DNA from: Octopus vulgaris
Lineage: Eukaryota
Reading direction: 5' to 3'
Length of the DNA: 64,000 nucleotides
Assembly: GCA_951406725.2 (NCBI GenBank)
Contig: OX597828.1
Location: forward strand, 4,774,001-4,838,000
Shown here: positions 56,724 through 64,000 of the stretch, piece by piece
Numbering within the stretch: the stretch's first letter is position 1
Layout: every line of letters begins with the position of its first letter
The notes under the pieces: generated by a model
The model's input: the letters and a program-made list of their open reading frames with translations, nothing else
What the model was told of the DNA's origin: nothing
The model's database searches: none
Translations under genes and position numbers: made by a program

Positions 56724-57155
56724 ATATTTTTTAAATGTCTTACTTTGAAAAATTGCATTCGGTGGGATTAGTAATATTTTTGGTAGAAATGACTAATTGT
56801 CCCTCTTAGCGTTTGGCATGTATGTATAATGCCTTCTGGCATGTATGTATAATGCCCTCTATATATAAATTAATATGTTCAATAAGAAATAATTATTTTC
56901 GAAATTTTTTCTCTTATGAGGTTTTTACGCTATCTACCTGACAATTTCTTGTTAAGTTTTCCTTATTAAGTAGTTGTCCTTAATTGCTAAATTTTTATTC
57001 CGAAAAAACTTTTCCTCTCCCGAAATGCAATTCGTAAAAGTTTGCCATTTGACCGGATGTAATATATGTAAACTCACCCATGTGCTTCGTTGATGTTGAA
57101 CAGTTAGCTGATCGACTTAAGCGGGGCAGGGTCGTTGTTTATTTATAATGCATTC

Positions 57156-57203
57156 AGGCCTGCTGATGAGTACGTAAGTATGAAATCACTGTGATACAGG
57201 TCT
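57156..57203 (+). ncRNA. Type I hammerhead ribozyme (identical second copy)
   Basis: Identical to 56676-56723. Confidence 0.85.
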
Positions 57204-57368
57204 ATATTTTTTAAATGTCTTACTTTGAAAAATTGCATTCGGTGGGATTAGTAATATTTTTGGTAGAAATGACTAATTGTCCCTCTTAGCGTTTGGCATG
57301 TATGTATAATGCCTTCTGGCATGTATGTATAATGCCTTCTGGCATGTATGTATAATGCCCTCTATATA

Positions 57369-57417
<49 letters not shown>

Positions 57418-58149
57418 GTGTATGTATGTATGCGTGTAGGTATTTATGTATGTATGTATGTATATGTGTATTTATGCATGTATGCATGTATTTGTGTATG
57501 TATCTATCTATTCATTTGTATATACATACATACTTACATACATACGTACATACAGACAGACAGACAGATGGTCAGGCAGAAAGACATGCATGAATATACA
57601 TATGAATCATATATTCATACATACATTCGTGCAAAGATACGTAAGCACATATTCGTATTATTACACGAATTGATTTTAACGAGAAAATAATTTTTATGAA
57701 TTAGGACATAAAAAAGAAGCATTCTGAGATATATCGGTTCGTAATTCGAATCATGTTCGGTACTATTTGCATATCCAGGGGATAATCGCTTTTGTACTAA
57801 TCACCAGGGGACAATCGCTTTTGTACTAATCACAAAGTGGTGTCCATAAAAATATTGATTTCACATAGCTAGAAGTCCGCAGTGTAGTCTAATATACCGA
57901 CTCCTTTAAATCTGCAGTGTTAATTCATCAAACGTAGAAGAATGAAAGACAAAAATGACCTTGAAGGAAATCAAATTCAAAGCATCAGGTTTTGATTGCC
58001 ATTCTACCAATTCCAACAATTCTGTTAATCTGTCACCTTAAAAATTGAATATTAAAATTTTCCTTCTGTGAAAAGGATACTTCACAATTGTACTAACAAT
58101 AACTAGCCTCTGATATTGAAAAATTCAGTAAATATTTGTTTATCGCCCA

Positions 58150-60035
58150 ATACTTTCTATATACATAATATTAGAGTTTTGAAACTGATTTCTTTCTTTT
58201 CCGATGCTGGGGTTATTGATTATATTTATTATTGCCATCAGACATACGTCTCCCCCAAAACACATCGCAATATTTAAACATAATATCAACATGTTCGGCA
58301 AGAATTTCACTGAAATCAATTTGATAATATTTTCTGCATGCATTATAGATGTAAATTTAGCTCTAATTTCTATGATAATTTACCCATTGGACTGAGAAAT
58401 CGTTTCGAAATTTTTCTTATGATTTTACGAAGAGGAATGAGTTGTGATTATGGCTTCGCTGTGGTCCTTCAATATCGCTGTGCATGACGCGATTGTTATT
58501 TGTCGACGACTGCAAAACAAAAATAATAATAAAATGGTAGAGATCATATTATGATGACTAAAAAGGTTAGCTGGTTAGATTGGCACCAAAAAAGCAGGTT
58601 GGATACAATAGGGCAGATTCAGAAATAAAAATGATAAGGGTGTAGGCGTTACCAGAGATCACTCACATTTACCACGGCCATTACATTAACGACAGATGAA
58701 AAGGTGAAAATCAGAAGGATGTGTACCTTTAAATGTCATCTAGGGTATATGTGCGTAAATTACACAGCAATTCGTGTGTTATAGTTGATGTTTATACTAG
58801 ATCAATAACTGCTTGATATATTTGTTCATTAAAACAAATGCTTGCTTGTGAGCATTATAGTGTTTTAGCTTATATCCCGCTGAAAAAAAATCATTATCTT
58901 TGGCCACTCCGACTTTAATAAAATGATGTAATTGAATCAGTTCAGTGAATATGTCAGACAATTATTGATACCTACTTTGGCATGGCTTGATTATATTGAT
59001 TGTCCAGAAGGAAACAAAGAGAGTATTATATTTTTCCATATTTGGAAGAATATGATAATGATGATGTCACGAAATTAGTCACCCAATTCTTGCATAATTT
59101 AAAAGAAAATTGTTCTTGATCAGTGAAATGACTTCAGCAACGGTCAAGATAATAAAATAAATACTAAATATATATTAGGGCCTGCATCTGTAACTAGAAT
59201 GAGGATGCTTCTACTGCGCCTCCCTATCTAGATTCGAGTCTCCATGTTATAGTGTGTTGTTATAGTGTCTTCCGAAATCCCTAAATGAACTACATACAAC
59301 CGTAACTATACAAGCTTTCCTGGATTTGACGTATCAAATATCAAATTATCTAATGTATCGTTTCTTGCGACTGTAGAATCAGATTTTGGGAGCATTTGGT
59401 AGTTATTTCTAGCAGGTCATATAGATATTTTTTATGTTTCCTTTTTCTATCGTCTTTTGAATTTCGTTGGTTCTGGTTAATGATGTACCATCCGTATATC
59501 CAAATTCCTTTAGACTTCAGTAGTTGAAAATTTGATACCAGCCCTGGCATTTCTTTTAATGCATCGTTAATGATCGATTTTGTGGTGATAATCGACAGGG
59601 TCATTTATGAGACCTACATACTAGTTAGAAAATCAATGACAAAATTAATATCCGCTGGCTACTGTTTCTTAGTGACGTACAATAATCATTTACCACCTTC
59701 TTATTCACGGATGCTTTATGTACAACGTGTGTTATTTAGTATATTTTTCGTATTACAATCCATGAAATCTGTGATTGGTTGCTACTACAGAACGGTGTGT
59801 ATAGTTGGTACTCTTATTATCATCATTATTTCTGAATTAGTATATGCTAGTGGTTTGTATAATAACTCATAGAACTGGAGAACAGTGCTACCGTGTACGA
59901 TAGAATTACGATTATAAGTGTTATATAAGTTACAAACATAGCAGAATCGCTTGTGCCATTGACATTTGTTCAGATAAGATGATTCTTCGGGATTAGTACG
60001 AAATGTTCACATGTCTCATATATTTTCTGGAAATA
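58150..60035 (-). pseudogene. Decayed B-box/coiled-coil/NHL copy
   Basis: ETCEH...KRFCYVCNLYNTYNRNSIVH (~59890-60020). NHL fragments AVVD/NNNRVMHSDIEG (~58465-58513) and RFLSPMG (~58380-58402). Confidence 0.6.
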
Positions 60036-60329
60036 TTATCGTCTCACTATTCATTAAAAAGCTGGAGGTAACCAGCCTCGTTATTCACAATTTCACATTA
60101 ATGAAGCCCTTATTTGTGATTCGATTATGAAATGAGAAGTGAATTGTAAATAACACATGTTTATGAGGTGTACAGGTATACATTTAATAAACATACCGTA
60201 CAATAATCTGTTCACAGTTCATTTTGAGATTTTGTAATTCCAGTTGAAAGTCCTATGAAAAAAAGGTAAATTCTATATTCTGGAACTTGTGGAGATTCAT
60301 TTAAAAAAAAACATTATATCTAATTAAAC

Positions 60330-60585
60330 AATAACAGTAATTCTGCAAATGCAATCTAAATTTGCTTTAGTAACCTTACGACCATATTCCAGAATTTGAG
60401 AAATCATCCAATATGCCTTTTCGCGATCAACAAAATATTGATTTTGATGTAGACGCTTCCCAATTATTATCCACAATATGAAAATTAATATGCTCCCTTG
60501 ATTATAGAGGCGGATATGAACGGAAAAAATTGAGATAGGTTTAGTGCGTCCAATATTCAATATGTACTTTTCCTCTATTGAATGT
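60330..60585 (-). pseudogene. KCTD/T1-type BTB domain relic
   Basis: ORF 60324-60638 contains EEKYILNIGRTK...NQYFVDREKAYWMISQILEYGR, resembling the BTB_2 pattern xxLNVGG...YFIDRD..F..ILxYLR. Confidence 0.5.
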
Positions 60586-60989
60586 GTGTATATATGATGT
60601 GTGTGCAGGAATGTGTGTAATTTAAGTTTGATGTGCAAATTAAGAAATGAGTGAAAGAGATATGAACTAGCGTACGGAGGAACGAAGAAAATAGACCTCT
60701 GTATCCATTGTGTGTGTGTGTGTGTACGTGTTTGTGTATCGGTATTTATCAGGAGTATTTTTGTATGTGCTTACAAGTATATGTATATGGAAACGTTGCT
60801 GTGTGCGTATGTGCCTGTGGAGTAGATATGTATGTTGTGTGTGTGGTGGGATGTAATTTAAATATGTCAGTGGAAGTGTGGAGATGGTAAGTGGAGAGGG
60901 AAAACGAGGGGAAAAGCAGAGGAAAAGTGAATGAAATTTGTGAGAGAGAGGGAAATTGGAAGATGGAACAGGGAATTAAGGCCAAACGG

Positions 60990-61849
60990 CGAATGTGTCA
61001 GTACAGATTAGATAAAACGTTGATTCGTGCGAAGTCAGATAGAGGTGGGTCTATGGTATAAGGCCAATCCGAAGACTGTGAGGTGTTGGGTGGACTGGTT
61101 GGTAGAGCACAAGTGACGGAATACAGGAGTATTTATTTGGAGGAGGATAAAGTTATTGAGTAAATCAGTCTGGAAGACGGCGGCCAGATTATCCAACACA
61201 TAAAGACCTACAAAGTGTACATTTGAGGCAGTAAAGGATATTAGATGGGATACACGAAAAAGAGTCGCGGATGTAAACAGTTTGTTGGTTGAATCCAGTG
61301 AGGGAAGTTTGACACCAGGGTCTGCAGAAAAGGAAGTATCCATGAAGAGTGGGAGTGGGGGGTAGGCAAGGAAGCTACAGACCAGTAGGTTGCGTAGGTT
61401 TCGGATGCATTTAAAGGCGGGAGAAGTGAGATGGAGAAAACAGCGAGGGTTGTAGGATCGGATAAAAGAAGTTCGAAGGCCCGTAGGATTTTCTGACGAA
61501 AGAGTAGAGGGGTTGAAAAGGGGGGAAAGGCAATGCCTTTTCGAGACGAGAGGGAGTGAAGAGAGGGGGAGGAAATGCAATAATTTTAGCGTGCATGGAC
61601 TAAGATGACATGGACAATGGTGGAGGGATATCTACGACCACTGAACTGATGAGCCAAGTATTGAGACTGTTTCAAAGTCCTTTTCACGCTTGCACAAATG
61701 TCGAAGGCCGATATTTTTGGAGTAGGAGATGGGCAGTTTTTGTTGGAGGGGCGTAAGGAGAGAAATATCGTAGTAGAGGTGGGGATCAGAGGTGTCAAAT
61801 AGGCAGTAGTGAGAGAGTGAACGAGAGAATCATAAGAGAGAGAGTTAGA

Positions 61850-61881
<32 letters not shown>

Positions 61882-62290
61882 TGGGGAGGGAGAGTGGGAG
61901 AGAGGGAGAGAGGAAGAGATATGTTCAGAAAAGTTGATAGCGGTGTCGAAAATAACAGAAGTAAACTCAAAAGAGGTATGAAATGTGGAAAGGAAAGAGA
62001 GGAAAGGAAGTCGTTCCCGGGAGAGTAAGGTGGCGCCGATACGATCGTTAGTGTACCGACTGTATAGCTCTGTGGTCAGTCTAGTGAATTCAGAGAAGAT
62101 TTGGGCCATGGAATAATCGACAAAGGCGTTGGCTAAATTGGGGCCCATTCTCGTTCCAATGGTGACTCCTATAACTGCTGGTAGATCTCTCACATGACAT
62201 GGATCAGTGGAGAATTGAGAAGTTCAGTGAAGTGAAGGAGTGTAAAAGTGCTAGGTGTGACGACGAGAGTGAGCGAGAGAGTAAGAGAGA
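60990..62290 (-). mobile_element. Decayed Neptune-type Penelope-like element (RT + GIY-YIG)
   Basis: GVTIGTRMGPNLANAFV...YSRYTND (~62040-62175). IRDSFSCIPSNILYCLKCTLCRSLCVG*SGRRLPD (~61165-61275). Confidence 0.8.
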
Positions 62291-63071
62291 GAGAGAGAGA
62301 GAGAGTGAGAGAGAGAAATAGAGAGAATGAGAGCGATGGAGAGGAGAAATAGAGAGAGTAAGAGTGATGGAAAGAGAGGTTACTTGTGCAGTACTCTAAT
62401 TTCAAAACCCAGGTAACAGGGAACACAATAGTATTTGACCTCAAATAGCATACATAAAATAAAACAAACAAATTAAGTTCCAATTCTCTAATCGTTCTAA
62501 TAATCTTTCAGTATGTTGCCAACTTGCAAAGCGTTAATTATTTTGCTAAATGCTTTACATCACATAAAAAATATTTTTGCAAAGATTATGAAGTGTGAAT
62601 CCTCACTAATGACTCAGAAGTGTCAAAGCTAAAGTATTTGTTTGATAATTATACAATAATATGCAACGTCTTTTGTTGATGAAAAAAAATACATTTTCAA
62701 TTGTATATAAACTATCATGATTAATTTTTAGAAGTAAATCACACCATATATACATTTACATTAATACATCAGGTTTTAAAACTGAATGTGGCTAACAGGA
62801 ATATATTTACATTAACCTGTATGTAAATAGGTCAGTATTGCTGTATAAATATTTTAAAGGTAGATATTCAATGCATAATTAAAATGTGGAAAACATCTGA
62901 AGCTGTAAGCTGTTGGATGTATCTTGCTGTATCGTTACCTAACCTAGCATTATTGAAAGATGCTCCAATAGTGCATTTATATATTGTTCAACTGAAAAAC
63001 GTCTTACTTATAGACGCCTGAGAAATATCTGTCTGTCTATCTGTCTGTCTCTCTATCTATCTATCTATCCA

Positions 63072-63113
<42 letters not shown>

Positions 63114-63138
63114 ACTTTCCGTCCCCCACTTACTCTCG

Positions 63139-63169
<31 letters not shown>

Positions 63170-63198
63170 ACCCCCCCCCACACACACACACATATATA

Positions 63199-63242
<44 letters not shown>

Positions 63243-63888
63243 GGCACCAAGCACTCCACCGGCAACACTAAGGCCAAGTTGGTAACCAAAATAAAAGATA
63301 TGTTCGAAGATCTTCTCAGGGACCGAGTGGGGAACGCGAGTACCAAATTCCAGAGCCGTCTTGCGACCGAGAGTGGAAGCTGAGAGCGGTCACATTTAGA
63401 AAATTTTTATCTTTCAACCATAATATACTCATTAATTTGATTATTTTAATACGTTATTTTCAGGTGAAATACCCAAGGTATATAGAGAGCTGTGCTGATG
63501 CATCTATTTATGTGAAGATATTCCAGTATGCGTTAACACATCCTAATCCAATTGTTACTTTCGAATGACAAAATAATTATCAGTCCACAATATGGATAAT
63601 AAAACATTGAATCATGTTCTTTCGAATATTCTGTTTTATTTCAACCCCAGCGGTTGACTGCAAATTACTTTATGTCTTAGACCATTATACACACACGTAT
63701 TATAACTAAAAGGCTCCGATTTTCAGTACTCAGAGCTGCTCGGTTCTACTCATTAGCGTTTCCGTCAAACTTTTACGGCATATCTCAATGGATATGTCAA
63801 AAGAAATCTAGGATTGGTTTACCAGCTGGTGATCTCAGCAGTGAGTAACTCTGACTGTCTTTCACTTATAGACTATCTCACTTATAGA

Positions 63889-63889
<1 letters not shown>

Positions 63890-63950
<61 letters not shown>

Positions 63951-64000
63951 CTCTATCTATCTATCTATATATCTATCTATCTATCCATCCATCCATCTAT
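63890..64000. repeat. (TCTA)n microsatellite
   Basis: Directly visible. Confidence 0.95.

Larger units (their letters stand above)
56650..57370 (+). mobile_element. Retrozyme-like / non-autonomous PLE: two ~220-bp direct repeats 480 bp apart, each with a hammerhead
   Basis: 56650-56870 matches 57130-57370, the second having one extra 21-bp unit. No ORF. Flanked by (TA)n. Confidence 0.75.

Noticed and set aside
56810-57365. 21-bp tandem units (TGGCATGTATGTATAATGCCTTC) as CRISPR-like
   Set aside because: No spacers, eukaryotic context; simple slippage repeats.
62500-63850. A further NHL-propeller relic (YIQQLTASDVFHIL)
   Set aside because: Plausible continuation of the array but too weak to call as a feature.

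Overview
AT-rich, microsatellite-saturated eukaryotic DNA. The repeat families resemble those of Octopus (cephalopod); this is an inference from repeat motifs. I found no intact host gene. Most ORF-track entries are translations of (TA)n, (TAA)n, (TACA)n or (CA)n repeats. The young layer contains a near full-length Dong/R4-type non-LTR retrotransposon in a (TAA)n array, Penelope-like elements (Naiad- and Neptune-type) with inverted or tandem pLTRs, about ten hammerhead-ribozyme motifs, tRNA-derived SINEs (one family ends in a hammerhead), LINE 3' fragments and a Chapaev3 relic. Beneath it is an older layer, all on the minus strand, found by manual translation across stops and frameshifts. It has (i) a fragmented but colinear Helitron RepHel gene (~37.5 kb to 22.8 kb) ending in a hairpin+CCAG|T terminus at 22399, and (ii) about a dozen head-to-tail, apparently intronless ~2-kb B-box/B-box/coiled-coil/NHL (RING-less TRIM-like) pseudogenes plus a KCTD-type BTB relic on both sides of it. 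The leading hypothesis is a decayed giant Helitron with a TRIM-like cargo array. All fossil calls need frameshift-aware HMM confirmation, and their boundaries are approximate.
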